From Nitrospiraceae bacterium (GTDB lineage: Bacteria; Nitrospirota; Nitrospiria; Nitrospirales; Nitrospiraceae), in assembly GCA_919902505.1 (NCBI GenBank), contig CAKKRE010000028.1, positions 10,530-74,529 on the forward strand: a stretch of DNA of 64,000 nucleotides, written 5' to 3'. The notes under the pieces were generated by a model. It searched no databases. It was not told the DNA's origin and was given only the letters and a program-made list of their open reading frames with translations. Shown piece after piece: positions 37,124 through 45,880 of this stretch. The stretch's first letter is position 1, and every line of letters begins with the position of its first letter. The position numbers and the translations under genes were made by a program.

Positions 37124-39019
37124 CTATAGCACTTGTGTGCCAATGGCTATCACGCGGCGTGCCAACTTACGTGAGACGCGGGTCTTAATGACGACGTAGG
37201 TGGTGCCGGGGTATGTGATGTCGTTCGTCAGGGTATTCATGAGCTTTTCTTCGTCCCAAAGCAATCCTTTGGTGGTGACAGCCAACACATGTACAGGTTG
37301 TGACGGTAGGTGTTCGACTTGTTTCTGAGCGATCCAGGCGTGTTTGACCTTCGTGATTGACTGGAGTTGCAGCCGGAGAGCTTGAAGGGCTTCGATGGAG
37401 AGGGTAGACGAGATGAGCGGATCTTTTGCCGACACAGAGCGTCGCTCCTGCCGAGCGAGCGCTTCTTGGTCCAGCTGGTGCTCCCCTCGCAAACGCCATT
37501 GTTCTGCCAATGCCTTGTCTCCACGACAGAGCGCATAGCCATAGGCCAATTCACAGGCGGGAAGATTCAACTCAAACTGCTGCGTCGCTCGGTTCAAGTG
37601 GTGTAACCCTGCTTCGTCTTCGCGTTGGACTAGGATCCTTCTGATCGCTAGGTCGGCGGCCAGGTCATCGGGGTATTTCTGCTGATAGGTACGATAGATC
37701 GGGAGCGGATCAGTCAGAGCCTCATACTGCTCAGTGAGGCTGGCGAGACTCCAGAACTCCCCCTGTGAGAGCTGCTCCGGTTGTTGCTGGCGAAGCTCGG
37801 TGAGTTTGTTTCGTGATTCGCGAATGTGGTCACAGCGCTGCTTCCATGCCTCCCGATTTTCTTCAATCCACTGTGCGTCAAACTCTAAGAGAATCTTTTC
37901 CACATGTTTCCCCAACCACTTCTCCGCGGCCGTGATTTTGGGGGTGATAGGCTCAGGGAGGGTGACTTTCAGTGCAGCCAATCGGTCTCGCAGTGCCGGA
38001 TGGGTGTCAGCATACCCTGTTTCTACAGCAACCGCGTTTCCGAAGATCTCCTGCCATCGGGCATTGTCGATCGCCTGGTGTTGGATAAACTGGGCCAGTC
38101 CGGTGACTGGATGGGATGGAGGTAATGGCGTTTCTTTTGTTTGCTCCATCAAGGGTGTCCAGTACTCTCTATCTATGACGGCTTGTCGGACATCGAGACT
38201 GACAAGAGCAGATGCGGAAATGCGGGGGGATGTGAGTTTGGCGGAAATCGCATCGGCCTCATATTCGTTGGCGCGTGCCAGGGCGAAGGAGTATGCATGG
38301 AAGTATGGTGCGTACCAGTCGAAAAATTTGGCCAAGATTCTTCCGCCCCAATGATCGGCTTGATCAAAGGCACCCATGACGCGATACCACGCAATCCGAA
38401 CGCGATAGATCCAGCCGCGAAATCGACTGTGATTTCCCGAGAGGTGCCCAAGTTCGTGTGCGATCACCGCGCGCGCCTGTTCGGGAGAGAGGGCGAGCAG
38501 GAGTGGAAGGCCCAAGATCAGGGTGTTGCGATACCACCCGAACACTCCGAGACGCGGCGTCTGGACGATGGCAGCATTCAGTTCATTGGTGAGCAGGATG
38601 CGGTGAATTCTGGGTGTGCAAAGCGGTTTCCGAAGACCATCCGCTTCTATGAATAGTTGCGGAACCTCGGCTCGCGTGACTTGGTAGCCTGTTGGGTCCT
38701 CCAACCGAACCCATAGGGCTCGTACGATCACACAGGCGAGAAGGAAGAAGCCGAAGAGTAGTTTGCCTTTGATGAGAATCCACCAGGCATGCCCCTTGGT
38801 CGCCAGCCAGAGGAGGGCAACGCCGATGCCAAAGAGCAAGATGGCCATGCCAAAGAGCACGATATAACCAAGGATGGCAAGGAGGGCGAGCTTGGTCTCG
38901 TACCAGCCTGGGTTCGCCACCAGGTGGTGTTCCGCACGTCTAACGAGCTCCTCAAGTTGTCGGCGGCGTTGTGTGACGGTCATCCCCTGATGCTCATGTG
39001 ACTCTACGAAGTCTAGCAT
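37124..39019 (-). CDS. M48-family membrane zinc protease with a C-terminal extension
   Basis: Two N-terminal TM segments; NAAIVQ, AHELGH, EYEADA, THPALRDRL. Confidence 0.9.
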   Translation of the reverse strand: MLDFVESHEHQGMTVTQRRRQLEELVRRAEHHLVANPGWYETKLALLAILGYIVLFGMAILLFGIGVALLWLATKGHAWWILIKGKLLFGFFLLACVIVRALWVRLEDPTGYQVTRAEVPQLFIEADGLRKPLCTPRIHRILLTNELNAAIVQTPRLGVFGWYRNTLILGLPLLLALSPEQARAVIAHELGHLSGNHSRFRGWIYRVRIAWYRVMGAFDQADHWGGRILAKFFDWYAPYFHAYSFALARANEYEADAISAKLTSPRISASALVSLDVRQAVIDREYWTPLMEQTKETPLPPSHPVTGLAQFIQHQAIDNARWQEIFGNAVAVETGYADTHPALRDRLAALKVTLPEPITPKITAAEKWLGKHVEKILLEFDAQWIEENREAWKQRCDHIRESRNKLTELRQQQPEQLSQGEFWSLASLTEQYEALTDPLPIYRTYQQKYPDDLAADLAIRRILVQREDEAGLHHLNRATQQFELNLPACELAYGYALCRGDKALAEQWRLRGEHQLDQEALARQERRSVSAKDPLISSTLSIEALQALRLQLQSITKVKHAWIAQKQVEHLPSQPVHVLAVTTKGLLWDEEKLMNTLTNDITYPGTTYVVIKTRVSRKLARRVIAIGTQVL

Positions 39020-39142
39020 CGGCTGAAACTAGCCTGTAATCTGCTGAAAACACAGAGCTATTTTATGGTCTGGCGTACGGCGGAGGCGTAATGTGACTGG
39101 TGAGAGAACGGAAGCAGTCGGACTGGCGCAGGGATCAATGCT

Positions 39143-40122
39143 CTATTTAAGCGACTGCATATCGATCACAAAGCGATAGCGTACGTCGCCGCGGACAAGA
39201 CGGTCGTAGGCGGCGTTGATCTGTTGGATGGGAATGACTTCCACATCGGCGCCGAACTTGTGTTTGCCGCAGAAGTCGAGCATTTCCTGGGTCTCCTCGA
39301 TCCCGCCGATCAACGATCCGGCCAGTCGCCGCCGGCGCATGATCAAGGGAAAGGCGTAGAGCTGCGCGGGCTTATCAGGAGCCCCGACCAGAATCATAGT
39401 GCCGTCGGTTTTCAGCAATTCCAGATAGGCATTCAGATCATGGGTGCTGAGACGGTGTCCAGGATGAAGTCGAACTGTTTGGTGAGTTGGGTCAGGGTCT
39501 CCGGTTTCTTGGTGGAGTAATAGGCTTGTGCGCCCAGCCGTTTCGCATCGGCCTGTTTCTTGTCGGAGTGGCTCAGCGCGGTGACGTGGGCGCCGAGTGC
39601 GGTGCCGATCTTGACGGCCATGTGCCCGAGACCACCCAGCCCGACTACGGCGAGCCGATGTTTCTTACCCACCCGCCAATGCCGCAACGGGGAGTAGGTG
39701 GTGATGCCGGCGCACAAGAGTGGCGCCGCCTCCTCAGGTCGCAACCGTTTGGGAATCCGCACGATGTAGCGTTGATCGACGACGACCTTGGTGGAGTATC
39801 CGCCGTAGGTCGGTGTCACTCCGTCTCGCTCTTTGCCGTTATAGGTGAAGGCGAGATGGCCGTCGCAATATTGCCCCAGACCTTGCTTGCAGGCCGGACA
39901 TGCCCGGCAGGAATCGACGAAGCAGCCGACCCCCACCGTTTGGCCGACTGTGAATTGTTTGACGGAAGCGCCGACCGTTTCAACCGTGCCGACGATTTCA
40001 TGTCCGGGCACCATGGGAAAGAGCGATCCACCCCATTCGTCCCGTGCCTGGTGCACATCCGAATGGCAAATCCCGCAGTACTGGATCTTGATCAGCACAT
40101 CCTGCCGGCCCACCTCGCTTCG
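39143..40122 (-). pseudogene. Zinc-dependent NADP alcohol dehydrogenase (cinnamyl-ADH/YahK-like), 5'-truncated and frameshifted
   Basis: CGICHSD, GHEIVG, CxxCxxC, CAGIT, GLGGLGH; split into 39433-40113 and 39143-39418 by one missing C; no start codon or RBS before EVGRQDV. Confidence 0.85.
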
Positions 40123-40587
40123 TTATGGTGTCGGGGCCGGCTGATGTGTGTCAGGTTCGAGTGTGATGCCGAATGTCGATGGGTCTTGTTCCCACGCACC
40201 CGGCGCAATTAGGCCGAGTAAGGGGAGGAGGAATATCGCTCCACCGACGACGTCGACAATTCCCATGCTACTGAGTTTTCGGCCCGTCATGCGGGACTGG
40301 GACTTGTATCCAGGCTTTTGTACTTCGACGGCAAGGTCTCCCCGCCGGGGGACCTGATACTGCAAGGGAGTCGCTCCCGCAGCCGTGCCGTTGATGAGGA
40401 CCTGCGCACCCGGTGGGTCAGAGATGACCGTGAGCTGTTGTGAGTTGCCTCCGAAAATCGAGCAGCCGGTGAGGGTCAGATGGGAGGCGATGACGAGTGC
40501 GACAGTGGCACACCGGTAGGCGTGAACCGTTCTGGATGTGATAGGCATAGACTCCTCCCTGGAGATGATGGGCGACATGGTTAGCAT
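40123..40587 (-). CDS. PEGA-domain exported protein or lipoprotein
   Basis: LTGC lipobox-like; SDPPGAQVLING..GATP..KPGY PEGA pattern. Confidence 0.8.
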   Translation of the reverse strand: MLTMSPIISREESMPITSRTVHAYRCATVALVIASHLTLTGCSIFGGNSQQLTVISDPPGAQVLINGTAAGATPLQYQVPRRGDLAVEVQKPGYKSQSRMTGRKLSSMGIVDVVGGAIFLLPLLGLIAPGAWEQDPSTFGITLEPDTHQPAPTP

Positions 40588-40626
40588 AGGACACGCAGGT
40601 TGAGAAGGCGGAGAAGGCTGGAGTGC

Positions 40627-40663
40627 GCGGGGCGTTGGAGTCAGGAGTACCCCAACGCCCCGC
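40627..40663. other. 12-bp GC-rich hairpin just downstream of the 580-aa gene
   Basis: gcggggcgttgg / ccaacgccccgc; no U-tract, so it is not called a terminator. Confidence 0.4.
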
Positions 40664-40674
40664 TCCCTGTGTTG

Positions 40675-42417
40675 TCAGGCGTGGGGGGCGGCGGCGGTTG
40701 CCAGGATCGGTTGGAACATCGGATCGGCGTCCAGCACGGCTTTGAGCAGTTCCGAGTGCAGGAAGTACCGCCACACCTCATCCGACTTGCCCGGCACCTC
40801 ATCGAACCATCTCTTGGCTTCCGTGAGGTGCTGGAGCATTTTGGCCTTGTCCCCGTAGTTCGGCAAAAAGATCATGGTGTAGGCCATCGCATATTCGGCC
40901 AGAAACTTATCGAGTGGAAGTTCGGCCTGTGCCAAGGCGGCCTCGGCATCGGTATAGGCCCGAGGCGTCTCGGTATCGTGCAGGATCCGGTTCCAGGAGA
41001 CCTTGTTGATGCGGGACCAAGCCAGCTGTAGTAGAGCTTCGGACTTGGGCGTTCTCCGGTGCTCGGGAATGTCTTTCACGAGCGCTTCGAACGTTTCGAC
41101 CATGGGAATCTGGTCGTTATTCCATCGGTAGGCGATACCAAGCCGAAACCGGTTGTCGAGCTGTTCCGGTTTGATCGAAGCCAGCGTTTGAAGTGCCGGT
41201 ATGAGACGGTAGAGATAATCTGCCGGGGTCGGTTGCGACAGGCCGCCCATTTCCATTCCGTTGGAGAGGTCCATGCGGGCCCCTTGCGCGTAGATATTCC
41301 AGTAAAATTCGTCCAGCACGATGCCCAGGCTAGGATCTTTCACGGGCACCTGATGGCTGTTCCGCGCCTCCCGCAACAGCACGCTGTAGAGGTGGCGGGT
41401 CAACACCGTCAGGGCGTCGGGCTGCTTCGGATCGATGAGCAAGACGCGGTTGAGTAAGGCCACCCGGTCGCGCAGATCGGGAAAGATGGCGGCGCGCGCC
41501 GCAGCGGCTGTCAACGTGCCGGGTTGATCGTCCGGTCCCCACCAGGCTAGGGACTCAGGCAGGGCGCGACTTGTTTCGGTGGCAAACGGAATCTTATCGG
41601 CCATCATGCCCGGGGCCTCCGGCTGGGAGGCGACCGGAAGATTGAACACGGCGGTATCGCCGGGAAATCCATGTTGCTTCAGCCCGGTGAAGACGACCCA
41701 CTGGGTGGTGACGGATTTTAATGCGCGCCGCGGGCGCTTGATCGTATTGGTCCATTTGACGTTGCCGGGGGCATAGGTGACCGGCGATGTCAGGGGGTCC
41801 TGATATTGCACAGACAACTGGACCAGCGTCGTCGGGACGCCAAGGACTTTCCCGGTGCGTGCCAGTCGGAACGAGCCGGATGGAATGGTGTGGCTGCCGA
41901 CGACGGTCACGTGAAGGCCGCTCCCGGGGGGTGAGGTGCCCAGCACGTCGGCCACGAAGGTCGAGGCCGGCGCTCTTGGTAGATCGTCGCCAAAGAAGAC
42001 CAGCGGACCGGTGCTCGGCCAAATGATATCCATGGCAATGTCCGACCGCTTCAGCATCGGCGCATAGGATTCGGTCAGGGTTTGCCAGCAGGAATCGTAG
42101 GAGGGGTCATTGGCCGGCGCGAATTGTTTCACCTTCGTGGGGGAGGCGACGAGGTAACGGTATTGGCAGGCAAAGTCCAATTGTCCGGCCGTGACGCGAT
42201 CGCCCTGCGCGATGGCTTCGGCATATCGGACGGCGGTCTGTACCGCCGGTGTCTGTTTAGCGGAGGCGGTCGGGCGATGTCCCTTCCCGCCGGTAGCCGG
42301 CGCCGACTCGGCCGTCCCGGCCCAGAGACCGAGAGAGACCGCGAGGGCCACGATGGCAATGGTCTGTCGTCGATGGAACAGGTTCCCGCGAATCATGCGA
42401 ACGACCTCCGGTGGCAA
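40675..42417 (-). CDS. Large exported hypothetical protein with a helical/TPR-like C-terminus
   Basis: 580-aa ORF, signal peptide, Ala/Leu-rich helical C-terminal half. Confidence 0.75.
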   Translation of the reverse strand: MPPEVVRMIRGNLFHRRQTIAIVALAVSLGLWAGTAESAPATGGKGHRPTASAKQTPAVQTAVRYAEAIAQGDRVTAGQLDFACQYRYLVASPTKVKQFAPANDPSYDSCWQTLTESYAPMLKRSDIAMDIIWPSTGPLVFFGDDLPRAPASTFVADVLGTSPPGSGLHVTVVGSHTIPSGSFRLARTGKVLGVPTTLVQLSVQYQDPLTSPVTYAPGNVKWTNTIKRPRRALKSVTTQWVVFTGLKQHGFPGDTAVFNLPVASQPEAPGMMADKIPFATETSRALPESLAWWGPDDQPGTLTAAAARAAIFPDLRDRVALLNRVLLIDPKQPDALTVLTRHLYSVLLREARNSHQVPVKDPSLGIVLDEFYWNIYAQGARMDLSNGMEMGGLSQPTPADYLYRLIPALQTLASIKPEQLDNRFRLGIAYRWNNDQIPMVETFEALVKDIPEHRRTPKSEALLQLAWSRINKVSWNRILHDTETPRAYTDAEAALAQAELPLDKFLAEYAMAYTMIFLPNYGDKAKMLQHLTEAKRWFDEVPGKSDEVWRYFLHSELLKAVLDADPMFQPILATAAAPHA

Positions 42418-42483
42418 TAAAAGAATGTCACTGTACCACGTGGCTCTTTTCAGGTGAAAGGGGCGTGCGGAGGCGATGCACGA

Positions 42484-42969
42484 TTACGGACCCGGGGGAG
42501 GGGGTGTGAGCGGCCGGCTAAACCGGACCAAGGAGCGGATGTATTGGAGGACGGCCTGTTGGTCCTCGGTGGGCAGTACGTCCTGCCAGGCCGGCATGGC
42601 CGTACGTGGTTTTCCTTGGGCGATCGTGCGGAGCAATTCTTTATCCGTTTTGGCCGAGGTGGCAGCCGAGACGAGATTGCCCGGTCGAGGGGAAAGGAAC
42701 GGAGCCTTGACGCCGTCGCCCTTGCCGGCTGTGCCATGGCACTCCATGCAATGCTCACGATAGATGGCTTGCCCGTGGTCGAGTGTTTCTGAAGGCTGGG
42801 CGAGCAGGACGCCGGTTCCACCGCAGGTCAATAGAAGGGCGAGCAGGAGGCGGTCTGAAATCGAAGACAAATATCGTTGCGGCGGGCACAGCCCCTGATC
42901 GCTCAACGACTCGTCTCTCGCCCCCTCTGTCGGTTGTTCCCCGGCCGGTGTGATCATCGGGCCAGTCAC
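42484..42969 (-). CDS. Monoheme cytochrome c
   Basis: CMECH heme motif, distal Met in TAMPAW, hydrophobic leader. Confidence 0.9.
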   Translation of the reverse strand: MTGPMITPAGEQPTEGARDESLSDQGLCPPQRYLSSISDRLLLALLLTCGGTGVLLAQPSETLDHGQAIYREHCMECHGTAGKGDGVKAPFLSPRPGNLVSAATSAKTDKELLRTIAQGKPRTAMPAWQDVLPTEDQQAVLQYIRSLVRFSRPLTPPPPGP

Positions 42970-42976
42970 GATTGGG

Positions 42977-43276
42977 TTACGCCGTTGCCGCAGCCTTCAA
43001 AATCTGTCGGCGGAGGTTCGCACGATCGTTTTTGGAGAGTGCCTGGGAAGGACGGTTGCGGCAGAGCTGCACGGTTTGGCGCAAGGAGTCGAGAAACACT
43101 TCGCAATTCGGACAATCGCCGAGGTGGGCGCGAATTTCCTGACAAACGTCACCGGAAAGCTCGTCGTCCAGATAGGCAGACAGCCGTTCGAGCACTTTGA
43201 CGCAATTTCGTTTACCGTGACCCTGGTGAAGGGCGGGCTTGCGGGTGCCTGGATATGTGCGTACGCGATCAGCCAT
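42977..43276 (-). CDS. Soluble zinc-binding anti-sigma factor (zf-HC2/ZAS)
   Basis: C..LSAYLDDEL..HLGDCPNC (HxxxCxxC); directly after the ECF sigma gene. Confidence 0.9.
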   Translation of the reverse strand: MADRVRTYPGTRKPALHQGHGKRNCVKVLERLSAYLDDELSGDVCQEIRAHLGDCPNCEVFLDSLRQTVQLCRNRPSQALSKNDRANLRRQILKAAATA

Positions 43277-43304
43277 GGCGGTGCTTCTTCTTGACTATAC
43301 CAAA

Positions 43305-43937
43305 CTATCGGTGCCCGGTGGTAATGTCCGGGTGAAATTCTGCTGCCAATCCTTTGCCGCTGAGTTCCTTGCGGACAAAGAGGCGGGCTCGATGCAGCCT
43401 CGATTTGATGGCCCGTTCGTTGAGTCCCAGAATGCTGCCCACTTCTTTGGCGCTCAATCCTTCCATGTCGCGGAGCACCAACACCATCCGGTATTTGCGC
43501 GGCAACTTTGCGATGGCGCGATCGAGTATCTGTCGCAGTTCTTTATTTTCAAGCGCCTCTTGAGGGCTGAGGCCCTCCATCGGGACTTGTAGGGAAAACT
43601 CGCCTTCCGAGGTCGGGACGAATTCGGTCAACGACAACTCGCGTTCCGGCTCGCCTTTGCGTTTGCGCCGCATACGTTGACAGGCATGGGAAGCGATAGC
43701 GTACAGCCAGGTCGAGACCTGTGCGTCGCCACGAAATCGGTCGTACGCGCGATAGGCATTCAGAAACGTTTCCTGGACCAGATCTTTGGCCGCCTCAGCT
43801 TCACCGCAGAGCCGATAGGCAAAGCGGTACATCACGTCGACGTGATCACGATACAGCTGATCGAATGGAGCGGAGGTGGAGGGGGAGACGCCGCGCCCGT
43901 CGGGGATTTCCGGCCGACTGTTCTTCCGTGATGCCAT
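43305..43937 (-). CDS. ECF sigma-70 family factor
   Basis: AKDLVQETF, STWLYAIA, LVLRDMEGLS, KSRLHRAR. Confidence 0.95.
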   Translation of the reverse strand: MASRKNSRPEIPDGRGVSPSTSAPFDQLYRDHVDVMYRFAYRLCGEAEAAKDLVQETFLNAYRAYDRFRGDAQVSTWLYAIASHACQRMRRKRKGEPERELSLTEFVPTSEGEFSLQVPMEGLSPQEALENKELRQILDRAIAKLPRKYRMVLVLRDMEGLSAKEVGSILGLNERAIKSRLHRARLFVRKELSGKGLAAEFHPDITTGHR

Positions 43938-43948
43938 ACGCGGGAGCG

Positions 43949-43977
43949 AGTCTACGGGCGGCGTGGGGCACTGTCAA
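43949..43977 (-). promoter_or_regulatory. Sigma-70 promoter of the ECF sigma gene
   Basis: TTGACA-N17-TAGACT on the minus strand; -10 ends 11 nt before the ATG. Confidence 0.75.
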
Positions 43978-44013
43978 GGAGCGCCTCGGCTGACGTGGCG
44001 TACCGGGTGGGGG

Positions 44014-45048
44014 TCAGTTCACACGGCGGATCTCGACGAGTTCGCCCTTTTGATTCAGTTCGACAATGATCGGCAACCCTTCCTTTACGGTTGCCAGGGC
44101 AGACGGTTTTGTCGTCAGCGGAATGGACTGGGATCCCTCGGGGCCTTGCATGGTCAGAGCGTCGCGCCCGTCGGCACCATAGGTGAGTGGGCCGGAGAGG
44201 AATCGGCGTGACGGTGTGGAAAGTCCGTCCTGGTACAAGTCAATGGCCACATGCCGATCCTGAATCCATACCGACATCTCCTGCCCGACTTTGGCGTTCC
44301 GCACGCCGGTCTTTCCGCTCACGGTCACGATGCCCAGCGGGGTCTTGAGGAACACATAGTTCGATTTGAGTTTTGAGACCGTGCCATTCAACAGGAGCTG
44401 CAACGGTGACGGTGTGCGGGGAAGTTGATTGACCTGCAGATCGAACTGCACGTCGTGCAGACCCTTGATGGTACCGGCCCCATCCACTTCGATGGTCACG
44501 GGTTGATGATCCTGGCGTCCGGCGATTTTGGCTTGAAATGCGCCGAGAGCGAAGGATTGTTCGCCATCGGGCGTCCAGAACGTCACCGCGGTTTTCTCGG
44601 GAGACGTAAAATTGGGCATGCCGCTGACATACCGATGGACCAGTTTGTCGACACCTCTCTCGCGGATGTCGATGACACTGGTCGTGCCATGGACCCAGAG
44701 GGTGATTTTTTGCGAGGGCTTGATGTCGCGAAGGGTGGTTTTCGAACTGAGCGAAAGTGGTCCGATCGGGGTTTGGAGGAACACGATGCCGGGTTTCGAC
44801 CGCCAGATCGCGCCGGAGATCTGAACCGAGGGGGACACCGGTGCGGGGGCTGCGGCAGGGGTAGTGTCAGCGGCAGCGGTCGGTTCCGGATCGTCTTGGC
44901 CCACTGGGTCGGTGAATTCAGGGAGCGGGGGCGGTTCGACGAGTGGCTCGGCTGGGTCTGCCCAACTGGGTGGGGTCAGGACAAGACAGGTGCCCAGCTG
45001 GATCGAAAGCATGAGGAGTCGATAGGCGGAAAATACAGAATACGTCAT
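44014..45048 (-). CDS. Exported protein with an internal tandem duplication of a beta-rich domain
   Basis: Signal/Pro-rich N-terminus; VFLQTPIG..SKT..W..ID vs VFLKTPLG..GKT..W..ID. Confidence 0.75.
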   Translation of the reverse strand: MTYSVFSAYRLLMLSIQLGTCLVLTPPSWADPAEPLVEPPPLPEFTDPVGQDDPEPTAAADTTPAAAPAPVSPSVQISGAIWRSKPGIVFLQTPIGPLSLSSKTTLRDIKPSQKITLWVHGTTSVIDIRERGVDKLVHRYVSGMPNFTSPEKTAVTFWTPDGEQSFALGAFQAKIAGRQDHQPVTIEVDGAGTIKGLHDVQFDLQVNQLPRTPSPLQLLLNGTVSKLKSNYVFLKTPLGIVTVSGKTGVRNAKVGQEMSVWIQDRHVAIDLYQDGLSTPSRRFLSGPLTYGADGRDALTMQGPEGSQSIPLTTKPSALATVKEGLPIIVELNQKGELVEIRRVN

Positions 45049-45258
45049 AGTGTTCACAGAACCGTCGTGATCGGAGTGGTGTGACGCCGATTGAGTGGAG
45101 CAGAAACCGGCCATCGCTCGTGCGGGGTCGGTTCCTACTGGATCGCGTGTGGCGTACAACGTCTCCTGTGCGAATAACATGCTGATCCGCATGAGTCAAG
45201 CTGAAAGCCGTTCGAGACCGGCGAATCGCCTGAGGTCGTGTGTCGCGCAGACTGAATG

Positions 45259-45654
45259 TTACCGGGGGGAGGGGCCTGACTGGTGATGGACTGTCAGGAC
45301 GACACGTGACTGCTGGCGTCTGGCTTGGTCTGGAATGCCGAATCCCCGGAGGTGCACCGTGCCGCCGCCCCATGGGGCGAGGCGGGTGATTTCGAATTGG
45401 CTCCAGTCTTCAGCCGCGATGTGTTTCTCTAAATTGGTCAGAACGTCATGAAACAGGTCCAGCAACGGATGACGGAGTGGTGTGGTCGCGGAGGCCTGCA
45501 ACCGGCGCGGCTCGTTCGTGAAAGGGCGCGCGAACTCGCGTGCCCGGTCGTTGGTGTGGAGAATTCGACCGTCCATGGAAAGAACGATGAGGCCGGCCTC
45601 GGCCGACGAGGTCGATGCAGCGGGGGCGGCGAGGTCTGGTTGCCCGATGAACAT
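45259..45654 (-). CDS. Small stand-alone PAS-like protein
   Basis: AGGAG RBS; GLIVLSMDGRILHTNDRA is a PAS N-terminal pattern. Confidence 0.6.
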   Translation of the reverse strand: MFIGQPDLAAPAASTSSAEAGLIVLSMDGRILHTNDRAREFARPFTNEPRRLQASATTPLRHPLLDLFHDVLTNLEKHIAAEDWSQFEITRLAPWGGGTVHLRGFGIPDQARRQQSRVVLTVHHQSGPSPR

Positions 45655-45738
45655 GGAGATGGGCTCCTCTCTGCGATGGCTGTCCCTCGTCGGGTCAGCG
45701 CGCTCGGTTGTCGCTGGCATTCGAATGCTGAAGGGAAA

Positions 45739-45754
45739 AGCAAGATGCGAGCCA
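45739..45754 (-). promoter_or_regulatory. Sigma-54 promoter candidate
   Basis: TGGCTCGCATCTTGCT on the minus strand, GG-N10-GC, about 85 bp upstream of the 45654 start. Confidence 0.6.
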
Positions 45755-45880
45755 CTGCGTTGAAGTACGAGAAAGGAGTAAAACTACGAAATGTTCAAGG
45801 AATCGTGAGCGGTGAAACGAAGGGGGCGAAGGGAACTGTCGCCGATTGTGTCGAATGCGTCGCGCCCCGGCAAGGCTGCC

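Noticed and set aside
39433-39445. Programmed ribosomal frameshift in the ADH
   Set aside because: No slippery heptamer, and the gene also lacks its 5' end
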